Shown: piece after piece, positions 11,622-25,413 of the stretch
How the letters are laid out: every line of letters begins with the position of its first letter
Position numbering within the stretch: position 1 is the stretch's first letter
From: Vermamoeba vermiformis
Lineage: Eukaryota
Direction of reading: 5' to 3'
Length of the DNA stretch: 64,000 nucleotides
NCBI GenBank assembly: GCA_045837725.1
Contig: JBEWZL010000043.1
Span: forward strand, 62,001 to 126,000
Notes under the pieces: model-generated
The model's database searches: none
What the model was told of the DNA's origin: nothing
What the model saw: the letters and a program-made list of their open reading frames with translations, nothing else
Translations under genes and position numbers: made by a program

Positions 11622-14600
11622 TTACATATTGTCATCCTCACTATCCTCATCTTCATCATTGACAACTTGCAGCTCATTCAATCGCTCAACAACAGTGGTA
11701 GCTAGTTTGTGTCCGTAGTGCACGATCTGCGGCAGATTCTCGGTGACTTGACCTTGACTAGAGCACTCTAAGAAGAATACTCGCTGTATAATACCTAGTG
11801 CTTCTCTTCTTGTCATGACACGATTGTTCATAAGGACTTTAGTGGACCAGTAAGCATTGTTTTGTTCGTGGATCTCCATCAAAAGTTTGTACTCGTCTTG
11901 GTTCAAGTCCTCATTTTCGCCAATCACAACGTTGTTATTCTCAGTCTTTCTTGAACTTCCGATCAAGTCATTGAGCTCGTTAACAGTCAACATGTTTTCT
12001 TCTTTTCTCTTGACACCAAAGCCAGAAGAACTGATCAAAAGTACGTCAGTCAACGCTGGTCAAAACAAGGTTCATGAAACGCTAGAAAACTTACCTAAAG
12101 CTTGATTTAGTCTTTGAGATCGTGTAGACCTTCTCTTCGACAGTGTCTTGTATGACAAATCGATGAACATAAGTTTCACGTGTTTGTCCGATGCGATGAA
12201 CACGACCCAAGACTTGTGCTTCAATGGCTGGGTTCATCGTGGGCTCAACAATCATCACGTGCGTAGCCTCAATAAGATTGAGCCCATTACCGCCACTCTT
12301 AACAGGCAATAACAAGACGTTGCACGTTGGTGATGATTTGAACTCGTCTAAACATTGCTGGAATTTCTTTCGTTGATTGTTCAATTGCAAGTACTCGATG
12401 CCATTCGTGGTCAACGCACGGCTCAATAAAGTTAACACGTCAATCCACTGGGAGAAGACAAGGATCTTGGCGGACTTGTCTTGCTCTAGGACTGACAGGA
12501 GCTTTCGCGTGACTGATTCTAGCTTTGTACCCCAACTGCCTTGGACTTCAATCTGAGGCTCTTGAGCTTGTTGGTTATTGGCATCTGCATGACGTTAGTT
12601 TTGTTTTCGACAAGCTTTAAATAAATATGACGGACATACCTCTAGTGATGTATGAGAGTTCGCTAGAGTTCATTCTAGCACGGCAAGTTGGGCACTTAAG
12701 AGTGCCGTGTTTAGCTCTCTCAAGCATGTTCAAGCAGCTAAAAAACTATTAGAAAATTGTTTCAGATGATAGTAAAGCTGATAAGACTTACCAAGGACAG
12801 CATAGCTCGTGACCGCAAGTCAATACTACAACGTCTTTAACAACGTTCAAGTCATCGTGACAAATAGGACATTCATCGCTCTCATTTGCACTCGATCGAT
12901 TGTTGTTGTTAGTGTTGTTCTTAGACGCGTCTTCTTTGGTACTTTCAATCTTTTGCAAGTACTTCAGTTGACTCAAATGCTGCCTGAACTCGGCTTCAGC
13001 GGTGATCTTGTCCGTGTTGAATTTGAGTCGCATTGATTCGACCTCGCCAGGCAAGATAATGTAATGTTTCTCGTTCTCGGCGACTTCTTCATCAGGCTGT
13101 TTGAATCTGATGCGACTGACACACATGTCAAGTTCGTCTTGTGCGTTCAGCTGGAACAATTGCGTTGTAGAAATGTCACGGAGGGCTTTTGGTTCTTTCT
13201 TCAACGCAGCAAAGATCTTTTGAGAGGCCTGAGCTCCCTCTGAAAGGAACTTTTCATCGTCCTTGTCCGTTACTCGTGGCAGCAAGTCGGTCTTCAAATA
13301 ACCCGCTAAGATTCTTAACGTGATCTCGAGCTCTGAATCTTCTTTGAACGTCAAATTCTTGGTGGCGTCTTGCTCGACCAACTCTTTAGAGGCATCGTCT
13401 AAGTCAGCTTTTTGTTTGTCAGGCAATATTCTAGTCCTGTCTTCTTCTTTTCTGAAGAAAGATACTTTGGATTCATAAGCCGTAATCAAATCATCTTGTT
13501 TGCAATGGTCACATTTTGAACCAGACTTGTGGCTGCCTTGATGACGGCAGTTGGCGAACTTCATCAACTGCAAATGATTTACTGGTGTTTTGAGCGAATT
13601 CTCAATATTCTAAGAGAAAAATCAATATTAGTTCGGAAGAAAAATAAAATACAACTAAAATGTACATCACATTAAGAACTTCTTTTCTCGACTGAGCCAA
13701 CTTCTCGAACTCGTTCATCATTAAGAATCGAAGACCGTGAACATTGTTGAATTTCTTATGCCATTCACGCTTGTTCAGATATCCTTGAGATCTTTGCATC
13801 TCGCTCTTCAAGTGCTCGACAAAGTCCTCGCCCAGCTGCTTATTAGACACCAAATAGTCCAATGCACGACTCCACCACGAGCTCTCAGCGCTGCACAAAT
13901 CGCTGAAGCCAAGTTTATCAGCTTCTTTAACGAGATCTCGGAAGATATGTGCTTGCTCCACGAGCTTAAAGTTGAAGCGTTGAATGTACTTCAGTTTTAA
14001 CTCGTTTTCTTTCCTCTCTAACTCATTGAGCTCTTCTTTTGAGTTCGGCTCAACGTTCTTGTTCTGCTGAGGCTGAACTGGCTCATCTTCTGTAACTATC
14101 ATTCTATTGGTATTGTTTTCTTGAACTGGCTCATCTTCGGAAACGATCATTCGATTATTGTTGTTTTCTTGACTCGAGTCTGGTTTTTCTTCGTCCAAGT
14201 CTATGGCCAGAGACTTCACGAGCGAGTTTTGGTTCTCAAGGAACTCACTGTCATCCGCTCGCTTGACCTTCCAGCCTTTTGTTTTAGCAATAGCCCACGC
14301 CAAGTTGTGATACGTGTGGATCAATTGCAACGAGTCAATGTTGATCTCTGATGAGATGGCAAGCACGTCACGGTAATGTTGAATTGCGGTGTCGTAGTCA
14401 TCTTCAAGCAGACTAATAGCTGCAAGACCGTTCATTGCAGCAACTTTTTGACGTTGTGCTTCGATACAGTCGACATTAGCCTTTGCTATCAATTGACGCA
14501 AGAGCTCTTTCATCGTCAAAGTATTCTTTTGCAGAGGTTGAAAACCGGTGCGACTTCCGACTACAAAAACACGTTAGTTTGATGTTGTCATAAAAGAATT

Positions 14601-17213
14601 ATGAAGGTCGTACCTTGAGGGTGACAGCAGGCTTGTCGCAGTCTCAAAATAGCTCTCAAGAGTGCCTTCATTGCCTCAGCACTAATGAACTCATCACCTT
14701 CAGTCGAGCGTCGAAGTTTCTTGCCAAGAATCTCGTGCACCTTATGAGCACATTCGCCGTGTCGCTTGCGATAGAAGTACTCTTCGACAGCAGTAAAACT
14801 CAACTCTATTAGAGTTATTAGGATACTGTACGTAAAGGTCTTAAGGTATACTTACTATGGATGTACTCGTGCTGCGGTGGAATTCCAAGTTCATCGGCTA
14901 CATCGACCTTGTTGTTTCTCCACATAATTCTCTTCAAGAAAGTGTGCAACCTCTCTTGTGCCTCGTGCACATTGTTCTCATAAGGCAAAGCAATGCACTG
15001 TCGCCACCAAGGCTTGGAGGCATAAGGCTGCATGCCCAAGAAGACGATGAGGCTGTGCAAGTCATCGAGGCCCTTTTGGATCGGCGTGCCACTGACGGCC
15101 CATCGGTACGTAGCAGTGAGTTGTGCGACCATTGACGCTGCTTTGTTCGCTCCTTCACCGACCATCTGTGCCTCGTCTAACACTATGCGATGCCATTTGA
15201 CGCCAGTCAGTGGGGTTGGCAGTGTACGATATTTCTTGTAAAATTTGCTGGCGCGATGCTTCCAGGCATCAGTGTCAATGTGGTACAAGTCATCACGCAA
15301 TACCGAGTACGTCGTCAACACAACATCATAATCTTGTAAGTGTTTGGCGCGAACAATGTTGCCTGCCTTGTTGAAGTTGAGATTTCGAACTCCCGAGTAC
15401 TTGAGCACCTATAGCAGTAGTTAGCACGTGCTAGTGATGAATAAATGTTTTGTTACGTACGCTGACGGTATTAGGCAATGTATGCTTTGCAATCTCTTGG
15501 TTCCATTGATCGATGATTGACTCGGGACAAACGATAATAGTGCCTTTGACCTCGAGTTGTGTTTCTGTCTTGCAGCATTCGGGGCAAATGTAGCTGTCGC
15601 CTATTGAAAAGTTAGACAGTAGCCATAGAAAAATAAGAACTAGTACCTTTTTCAGCGACGGGATCAAAGCTAACACAGCGGCAATGTTGCCAGCTCTTGC
15701 AGCGCTCACACAGAACGTAGTCGTCTTCTGTTTCCTCGAACTCGCCGCAATAACATCTGATTTGATCGTAAGTGTCATCGATCTCTTCGTCACTGTCTTC
15801 GGCAGGGTTTTGATCGTCTTCGACTTCTTCATGCTTTCGTTTTTTATTGTTTTTCTTGTCTTCTTTGGCGTTTGTATTAGTGTTATTGCCTTCGTCGACT
15901 TGCATCGCGTCTTTCTTGGGGTTCATTAGCACGAGAGTCAAGACTTCGACAGTCTTGCCAAGACCCATTTCGTCAGCTAATATTCCGCCGGACATCTCGG
16001 GCAAGTTTGCGGTCAAATTGGATGCGATAACTCCGCTGAACTTATTGTAGTAAAATGATTGGTCAGAAGGTGTAGTAATTTTCTTCCACATTGGCGAGAC
16101 TTCGTCAAATCGTTCAATTGATTCTTCGTTGCCATTTGCTTTGATTTCTCGGTTGACCATCCAAGACACCGCACGCTTTTGATAATTTCGTAGCGTAGCC
16201 TTCAATGACGGGTGCTCAACGTTGACTTCCGGCACCATAACGTTCGTATTATTGTTGTTATTGTTATTATTTTCATTCTTCAAAGGTCTGATTGCTTGAT
16301 ACAGAGGCGATGGGTCGAATGTCTTCGAGTCAGAATCTAACGACAGAACCAGATCTGGGTCATTAGTGACCCAAGCCATGACTTGTTGTAGCGGCTTGAT
16401 CCAGTTGTGGTTCACGTGGGCGTCGTCTGTCTTCTCCTCAATCACTCGGGGAAGCAACAACACATCCACTGCGATGGCTACTTGGTCGTTGACTTGCTTT
16501 GGATCGATGAATCGTCCTTGAAATGTGATAACTTCTTTGTCGAAAAGATGCACAAACGCTGCAATAATGTCACCGTTCAAATTCATCTCGCTCGATGACT
16601 TCAAGACATTGTTCTCTGAAAGATGGGCACGTGCTTTGATTTTCGACTTTTCCTTCAGTAATTCGATTTCAACGGCGGTTCTATCGAGATTGTATCTCGC
16701 ATGTGCCAAATAAGTCTTTTCAAAGTCAGTAGGAATCTCGACTTGATCGTCGTCGTCCTTCGTAAGCTCGGCTTTCAAAGTGAAATTTCCCAAAGTTATG
16801 CATTGAGACTTGTCGAGATTAGTGAAGTTCATAATCGCCCTTTGAACGTCTAATCCTCTGCCGCTACTTCTTCGGCGTAACTTTGCTTTAGTTTTGCCAC
16901 CAGCGGGAGTTTTCTCTTCAACGATTTTTCTTTTCTTTTTCAACGGCTCTTGAACTTCATATTCTTCAATATCGATAACTTCATTACGCCTTACATTATT
17001 GTTGTTGTTAGGCTCTTCATCTAAGTCAACGAGGTCTGTTGGTTTTTCGAGTTGTGTAATGTCTTGGACCAGATCTTGAATGGTGTCAAGCTCTAACGAC
17101 TCTATGCCATTAGAGAACCAAGATAGCGATCGTTGTTCCTCTTCCGATAATCTGCGCGGATTCAGAGACTTTCGCTTGTAAGTCACGTGACTTTTTTCTG
17201 ATGAAGTTGCCAT
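11622..17213 (-). CDS. SHPRH: SHPRH-like SNF2 helicase / RING E3 ubiquitin ligase with PHD finger
   Basis: GGILADEMGLGKTVE; PHD (CYC...CERCKSWQHCRC...CPEC); DEAQ; WAVSGTPIQ; LRQACCHPQ; RING CPIC...CGHELC; GLNLIEATHV...QVLGRVHRIGQ. Confidence 0.92.
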
Positions 17214-17732
17214 TTCGTCCAGCTGATACAAAAAAAATCAATTAGCATGGTAATAATACGCAATGGATATTAGCATCAATCATATTTAATATTAAACGTT
17301 CTAGCTAATTTTCATAATTTGTAGTGAATTAAAGAAAAGAAAAAATTTCGAACATCACTTTTGTTAGCTCTTAAAAGGTTAAAATACGGAATGAAAATAT
17401 CTGCTTTAAGATATTTAATTATAATGAATGTGTTCTAATAATTTGATTGAAAGTAGATCTGAGCAAACGATCAGATCTGTGACAGTGCAGCCTGAAAATT
17501 AACTTGTGCTTTAATATTAGGACGTACCTTGGTTAAATATTAATAAGATGTTGTGTGCTGGTCCATTAACGCGGTTTGAATAATGAAACAACGAAGTTTC
17601 GTGGTTATTCAAAAAGTGATGTTCGAACTCCGGAGTTTTTTTGCTGTTCATTTTTTGGTTGCTTTCAGCAATCCCGCCATTAACCATGATTATATTAATT
17701 TAATGTTAAATAAGCTTTGGAACAAATACAAT

Positions 17733-20251
17733 TTAGAAAGAGTGAGGATGGGAATCGCCAATGGAGTGGTAGTGATCCTTGTTGTCGTTAATAGGCTTAG
17801 TCTCATCCTCGTGATGGTCATGGATTTGACCGTGGTGCTCGCCATGATAAGCAGACAAACCTAATTGGAATTGATTAGCACAATTTACGTTACTAAAAAT
17901 ACAAAAAAATGTTTAGTGCAGGCTCGAACAAAATGCGAGTTAATAAAGCTGCCGCCTAAATTGATTAACCGTTATTAAATTGAGACTTACCGTGCTCAGC
18001 AAGATCGAGACCCAAAATTTCGTCGCTTTCAGTGACCTTCAAGCCCATAGTACAGTCCAGGATCTTGAGGATAACCCAAGTGAAGAACCAACTCCACGCA
18101 ATAGCGACACAAACACCCAAAGTTTGAAGACCGAGTTGCTTAGGATTGCCCTTCAATAAACCTAAAAAAACGAATTTAGTAACTAGATCAAGTTCGCTCA
18201 CCGATCCGTTTCTCGGTAGCACTTAAGGTGAACACACGATAACTTACCATCGTTACCAAAAGCAGGATTGATATCTTGGTCAGCGAAGAAACCAATAGCC
18301 AAAGCACCAACAACACCAGTAACACCGTGGACCTACATCCGAATCCGTTGAGTGCGCGTTCGTTATAACGACGAAGCGAGCACTACTTACGGAGCTGACG
18401 TCGAGGGCATCATCGAGTTTCATTTTGTGCTTGAACAAAATAATGCTGAAATAAGAAGCGAGACCGATGAACACGGCAGTAACACCAGCGAAGTAAGTTT
18501 GAATGAAACCACTAGCGGGAGTAATACCAGCTAAAAACATCGTCGTTAATATCTATGGATTGCATCGCATAATAAATTTAAAAAAGCCAGAAATTCTATT
18601 AAATTTTCTGTCCAACAGATCAGGTCATAAAATGAACCAATGGCTGGAAGCTATCAAGTATTTCATGAGCAACTTACCAAGACCAGCGATGGCACCGTTG
18701 AGCACAGCTAAATTATACCGTCATATTAGCATTTGAAGGTAAAGTATTGGCAAGTAATTCCTTACAGATCGTGTCCACGCGACCATTGCGAATAGTGCTG
18801 CAAATCATCCAAACAACTACGGAGACAGCAGAAGCGACCATAGTGTTGGAGACAGTGGCTGAAGACAAATTGCCAGCCTTGAGAGCACTACCAGCGTTGA
18901 AACCGTACCAGCCCATCCATAACATAGCCGCACCAATAGCTGCCAAGGGACTGCACAGTTCATATTAGATAACCATACACGCGAACAATTATACTCATTT
19001 TTTCATATTATTAATGAATTAAACAAAAGAGACGGGAGAAATTGGACGAGTGCATCTGATCCCAGCGGAAGTTATTCCGTAGGAAAATCTGCGCGAGTTT
19101 AACACTTATCATCATTGCATTACTTACATGTTGGAGGCAGGCACTTCACCGTGGTGCTTGTCGAATTGAGCGCGTCTGCCCATAACTGACAGCAAAAATC
19201 AGATGTGGTGCGGGTAGCGATAAATCCAAAATTTCTACGTACCCATAGCAATAACCAAACATGACGCACCAGAAGAAGTGTGAATGACGATACCACCGGC
19301 AAAATCCAAAACACCCCAGTCAGCCAACCAGCCATTACCCCAGATCCTGAAAAATACAACGTGGTAAGTACCGCACTTGATTAAGAACGAGATTAAATGC
19401 TCCGAACTATCGGAGGAGTTGCGAGGTATTCAATTTAATAATTTCTAAATTAGGAAAAGTTGTCAACAAAAGAATGTTCAGAGAGGTTTTCTGAAGGGGT
19501 TGGGAGCGAGCAGTTGGTACAAAAGGGACTTACCAGTGAGCCAACGGATAGTAAATAATAACTTCCCAGAAAATCTAGCAAAAAATATTGAGTTTTTTGA
19601 GCGCTAATTAATGACAGTATCTCCAGACTTACGATAAAGACAATAAATGCCTTGAATTTCATGCGCTCAGCGAAAGCACCTATTAAATAGTATTGTTAGC
19701 CTCTGCAAAGTATCGCCAAATCTTCGGATCGAGCTCCGATCGCGTACCTGTCATAAGCAACGGTGTAATAGCAGCGAACATCATTTGAAACAATGCAAAG
19801 GCTGTGCCGGGAATGCGAGGAGCAAAATCAGCAAGGCACATATTATTTAAGTTCAAGAATAAGGCGTAAGTAAAGTCTCCAATAACTCCGCCGTGATCGG
19901 GTCCATAAACCAAACTGAATCTGCAATAGTAGAAGAGAGATAATTTTAGTAAGGGTAATAATCGATAGTATATGACGCAATAACGCTAGGCACGTGCTAT
20001 TATTATTTTAGAATAACTAATTACCCAAATAAATGCCACATAACAGCCAAGATCGACAAACCGGTGAAGATCTGCGTTACCAAGCTCAATGTGTTCTTCT
20101 TTCGCAATAAACCTGCTTCAAAAAATGCCAAACCAGGCATCATGCCTAATACAAGGATAGTGGCCATCATCACCCAAGTTGTATCTCCCGTATCTATACA
20201 CGAGGCATCACCAGGAGGTGGCGTCGGGTTATCTAATACTGTTCTATTCAT
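17733..20251 (-). CDS. amt: Ammonium transporter (Amt/MEP)
   Basis: DTTWVMMATILVLGMMPGLAFFEAGL, FQMMFAAIT, DFAGGIVIH, LWMGWYGFNAGS, DDALDVSSVHG; about 10 introns. Confidence 0.95.
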
Positions 20252-20693
20252 ATTATTGCGTTGTCTATAGATCAGATCGAATCAATAAATTCAACGGTAA
20301 CGCGGATTTTTTACAGCCCGCACGTGGTTTACGACAGAAAGTTCTAATGAAATGGCTGATTGAGGCCCGTGTAATTCGATTATATTTCGTATTGTTGTAC
20401 ACAAGACGCTTTCGGTTCTTTAAATATTTATCAATAAATGTAAAAATAAGAGTCGCAAGCGAGCCAGAACAATCTCTGTGAAGCCCCATCTGCATTGCCG
20501 ATCAAGATACCGTTACAGGCCTATTAGAATTCGGCCCCCGTCATTATTTATTATTTCTATACATGTACGTGAGTTTAGTGCACGATGAAATAACCTTAAA
20601 TTATGTCCAGTGATTAATGGAACTGATCAGAAAATCTTTTTGCAATATTTATCCCGATCAGCACTAATTGCTTTACAATAATTTAGAACAATT

Positions 20694-21874
20694 ATGGAAT
20701 ATTCACGAGATAATATTGCGCGACCAAACAACACATTTTGGGCTCAGATGAGTGACTGGAAAGAGAGCATTTTCAATTTCGCGTCACAAACAGCCAAGCA
20801 CTCGCTCAAATTGTTAAAATTCGTATTGCAAGACGCTATAGACCTACATAAGAACATAGTCAGCTGGGAAACTGTCGGGATTCTATTCGCCACTTTGCCA
20901 TTACAACAACTCGCTTAGTAAGAAAGCTTTTCGCCGTCTAAACTGGCTTATGAATGTACTAATATTCATATAGTAAGGTAGACGAGCCGTTGCATAATTT
21001 ATTCTACGATCGCCTATTGCACCGGAACACGAACCAAGCACCGTACTTGATCACGAGGATCGGACTCAAAGGATACAAACGACTGCGCTTACTGATGATT
21101 GTATTATCGGTACGTTGGATAACGTGATATATACATATAAGGTTAACCAGGCTCACCTGATCTTTTTAACGCAGATCTGGCACCCTAACATCACCGTGCG
21201 TGCCACGAACTTGCTCGTCGTTCAGGGCTCGAGTATATTATCTATCACCAAACGAGTAAGTTGACAGTGCCACTGACATGCAAAATCACGTCTTATACGT
21301 GTCTATTATTGCAGATAATCAAACAGCTGATCAATCATTTCGCGCAAGAAGCGTCACTTAGGCCATCGTCAGAACGATTCATTCAAGGCATGGTACGTAT
21401 CCGACATAATAGCACGTTATTAGAAGGCTAATGTGATTGACATAGAAATATTATGGCGGTAATCCTAGCGGCCATATTACACAAGCCTCGTTTGCGTTGA
21501 CGGTCTACGGAAGGGATCACGGATCTGCGTGGTTAACAGGTACGTTTGCAACTTATTTTTACTATTATATAAGCCTGCTAACACATGATTTAATGCTTTT
21601 CCTGCGTATCTACTGCCTACTGAATTATTTCTAACGTCATTTATTTTCTGCAATAGCGCTGAGCATCCAGAACATTTTAACGTGCATAATTAGCATCGTG
21701 GAGAATAGACACTATTTATCGCAAGTGATTGACGGCGTAGCTCTTGGAACAATATATGGACTCGCTGCACGAAAGACAAGACCAAAATGGGAAGAGTTTT
21801 TACGCGAGGAAGAGCGCGTAGTGAACAAGTCTAATTTTGTTCACCATAAGATGAGCCTTGATGCCATTGAATAG
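20694..21874 (+). CDS. PAP2-superfamily membrane phosphatase-like protein
   Basis: Exons give K...LRPS (C1), NPSGH (C2) and IVENRHYLSQVIDG (C3-like). Exon structure partly uncertain. Confidence 0.7.
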
Positions 21875-21971
21875 TACTGATATGGGACACATGTAATATA
21901 AAATTTATGTAAGAATTTTGAGGTGTTAAACTTGAGTGCGAACTTTGCGTCATTTTTTATATTTTTTGAAC

Positions 21972-23170
21972 ATGGAGCGCCAAGGCTTCGTGTCGTTTAT
22001 CGAAGACGACGACGAGACGATTTTCAGCCAAAGGGCGTGTTTAAGATATTCGAGCATCGTACTGCGGCAGTAGATCCGTCTCAATTCAGCGAAAAGATCG
22101 AGCAGGAACTCACTCGCGCAGATGCAGAGGAAAAAGCAGCTCTTCAAGCCCAGAAAGAGGCTTTATTTTTAGAGGCACTAAGGACATCACAAATTGAAGA
22201 CGAGGAAGATGAACGTGGAAGGCGCAACTATTTGGCAATCGATCCAACATCTGACCTGGACATCTCTGTTTCGCCAAGATTTGACCAATTATTGGCAGAA
22301 ATTAAGCCAGACGAAAATAAGAATAAGAGTATAAATAATTTGAATTTAAACAACGTTCCAAATTCAAGATCTGCCGAAGAAGATCACACGGAGCATAAAC
22401 ACGGACGCTTCAAATCAGAAATAGAAAAATGTAAGTATTTTTTAGAATTTATTTGTAATTTTTTGGCGGTAAAAGCTTGCATTACCATAACATTTTCGTG
22501 ACTTCACAAGAGAAAGTAATTTTTTACGACAATTGATGCCGTTACACTAGTGATTGTTTTAATAACATTTCATAACTTATTTTAACGTGGTTCAATAGGG
22601 TTATTTGATTTAGAGAATCTTGAAAGTGAATTAAAGCCGGTCATCGAAGAGGAACGAGAATGGATTGAAAAGACAGAACAAAGGCAGATAAAATTAGACG
22701 AATATTCGCGCGAAATACAATATGATTTGAACGAGCGATTAAAAGCTAATAGAGAACAAGCTGAGAAAGATTTCAAAGATTTTCAAGCCTCAAAGGAAAA
22801 GTAAGCAAGACCCTTACGAGCGTCCATATTATAATTTAATATAAAAATATATATTAATGCTATTGATAGGATTTTGGCTCGCCAAGAGAGGCAAAGAAAA
22901 AAGACAATTAAACAGTTATCAAAAGACACGAACAAATTACAGAAAGAAAACGAATTAACATCGAGAAAACTACAAAAAACATTTGCAAAGCTACGAACGA
23001 AGATTCAGACGCAAAAGGGCGATAACTTGTTCTTATCACTATCGCAATCTGTTGGCGACTTTGATTTTGGATCTGGCGCGACGTCTTTAGTGACGAGTAC
23101 TTATGCTTCATCGTCATCTGAAGATGAATATTTCTCGGCTTCGGAAGATGAGCACGAAGATGAGAAATAA
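21972..23170 (+). CDS. Hypothetical charged coiled-coil protein
   Basis: Three E/K-rich exons; ATG at 21972 needs a one-base correction near 22015 to join the long frame. Confidence 0.6.
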
Positions 23171-23278
23171 AACTAATAAAATGGTGCGAGATCTGTTTTT
23201 GTAAATAAAAATCATTTATGTAACTCATACTTGCATTATTGAACACGAAAGGACAGACCATAGTATACATTTAATAAC

Positions 23279-24389
23279 ATGGATAACGTTTATAAGGAAT
23301 TAGCGGAGCAGTTAATCAGTCAATTGAAGAACAAACAAAGGTAAGATTTGGTGCCACATAATAAACGTAATTTTAGTAAAATTTAGTATTTTAATGAAGG
23401 TTGTTAGTTGGTATCGCAGGTGTCCCTGGTAAGTTTGGCGTGCATAGAATTTTGGAATAATTTTTTTTTAATTCGCCAGCAATTATCTAATTGCAATTTT
23501 CAAAAAGGCTCAGGTAAAAGCACTGCAGCCAAAGAAATTTCTCGAATAATAAATGAAAAACAACCAAATACTGCCGTTGTCGTGCCAATGGACGGTTTCC
23601 ATTATTACAGATCTGAACTTGACGCAATGCCTGATCCAAAGGAGGCACACGACAGAAGAGGTAAGTTTAGTTTATATAGTCAGTCTATTTATTCAGTTAT
23701 TATAATGAACTTTGTACTTAGGTGCGCCATTCACCTTCAACGCGGAAAGTACGATAGCATAAGCGCAGTTTATTATTATTAGCAACCCTCAATTAAAGCT
23801 AACTAATTTAATAGAATTTTACCAATTATTGAAGCAGATTAAAGAGACCGGTTCCGCAAAGGCACCGTCGTTTGATCACAGGTAGGGCTCGGATCTGCAT
23901 CCGTGCAATTGTTTCAGCGTGAATTAACTAGACTTAAAACTTAGTGTAAAAGATCCTAAAGAGAACGACATTGTTGTTTCTACGGAGTAAGTTGCATACA
24001 AAGCCTGACTTGAGGATAAATTTTCCTAATGATTTTGTTTATCAGACACAAGATTATTATAGTTGAAGGCAATTACTTGTTCCTCGAAGAAAAAGTGTGG
24101 AATGATATTGCTGATTTGTTTGATGAACGGTGGTTCGTTGACTGTGACATTGATGAAGCCATGAAACGAGTTTTCGTGCGTCATGTAAAACACATCGGAT
24201 TCTCAGAAGAGGTGGTACGTATCATACCAATATTATAACAGTATCTTATACTCACTGGCCATTATATAGTCGAAGCAAAGAATTGCCGGAAATGACCGTC
24301 CTAATGCCATACTGATCGTCGAAAAGGGTCGCAACAGAGCGACGAGATTTATCAAATCTCAAGCCGACGAGAAGTTTGCCGAGAAATAA
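23279..24389 (+). CDS. P-loop kinase of uridine/pantothenate kinase-like (YFH7/YggC) family
   Basis: VGIAGVPGSGKST, PMDGFH, RRGAPFTF, APSFDH, IVEGNYL, NDRPNA. Confidence 0.9.
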
Positions 24390-24439
24390 ACATATTTACA
24401 TTATAGTACATCATAGATACAGTGTTTGATATGTTCTAA

Positions 24440-25069
24440 TTAGCCCCAGTCGACCGGTGCGTACATGGACATGTTGTATCCGCCCTCATAAGGTGGTTGT
24501 AATGAAGGAGGCAACTCTGCTACTTGGAGCACGCGTTTAACACCAGATTGCGTTGTGACAGTCACTTCTACTTTTCTGCGTAACACTGGTGCTGAATCTG
24601 CTAACTTTTCTAAAGACAAAAAATTTTTTTAATGGTCGGTAATTATTGATTGTAGCAAAATAAAAAATGTAATGCCAATGAAAGGTATAAATTCATATTG
24701 AAGCAAGCTTACCTTTGAAAGGATAATACTGAGGGAGATGCGAGTACCGGCACGCTGTTCCAAAGGGACATTGGCCTGTATTCATAAAGGTTTGGCATGG
24801 ATGTTTGCCTCCCTCTTCGGCCAAGAGTTCCGCGGGATCTAGTGAATTAATTTATTTAGTCCAACCAAAATAATAAAACTTGGGAACTAATTTCAAAAAA
24901 TAGCTAAAATTTAAATGAGCTCTAAAATGGCATATTTACCTCTAAATGAGTCATAATGTAATTTGACCATCATCTTATGATAACGACTCTCGTTATGCTT
25001 TTTGCGCATCTGCGGAGTGTCATTAAATGTCTTCTCGCAGTATTCACAATAGTATTTTTCTAATGGCAT
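24440..25069 (-). CDS. ZMAT5: U11/U12 snRNP 20K protein (zinc finger matrin-type 5)
   Basis: KYYCEYCEKTFNDTPQMRKKHNESRYH (matrin ZnF), CQTFMNTGQCPFGTACRYSH (CCCH), ELPPSLQPP...VDWG*; two introns. Confidence 0.88.
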
Positions 25070-25413
25070 GCTTTATAACTTCAATAGCGTTATTATTCAG
25101 TGTCTTTGCTACGCGTGGAACTGACAAACTAAAATTGTAGATTTTCTTTTTTTGTTTTACTTGCACAAAGTGAAAGCCATAAGCGAACGTTTGACTAAAT
25201 ATTTTTGTAACATAGAACGAATGTATTATTATAATATCTAAGGTACGAATAGCTGTTTTAAACTTTTTTGTGTTTTTTCAAATCTGAAACACAAAGTTGT
25301 TCTGCCACACTGCTCGTTACCAGCAAATGACATTATTATTTTTCTAATTATTTACGAGCATGTTTTAATAAAAATTAAACGTTCCTAATTTTTACTTATT
25401 TCTTAGGCAAAAC

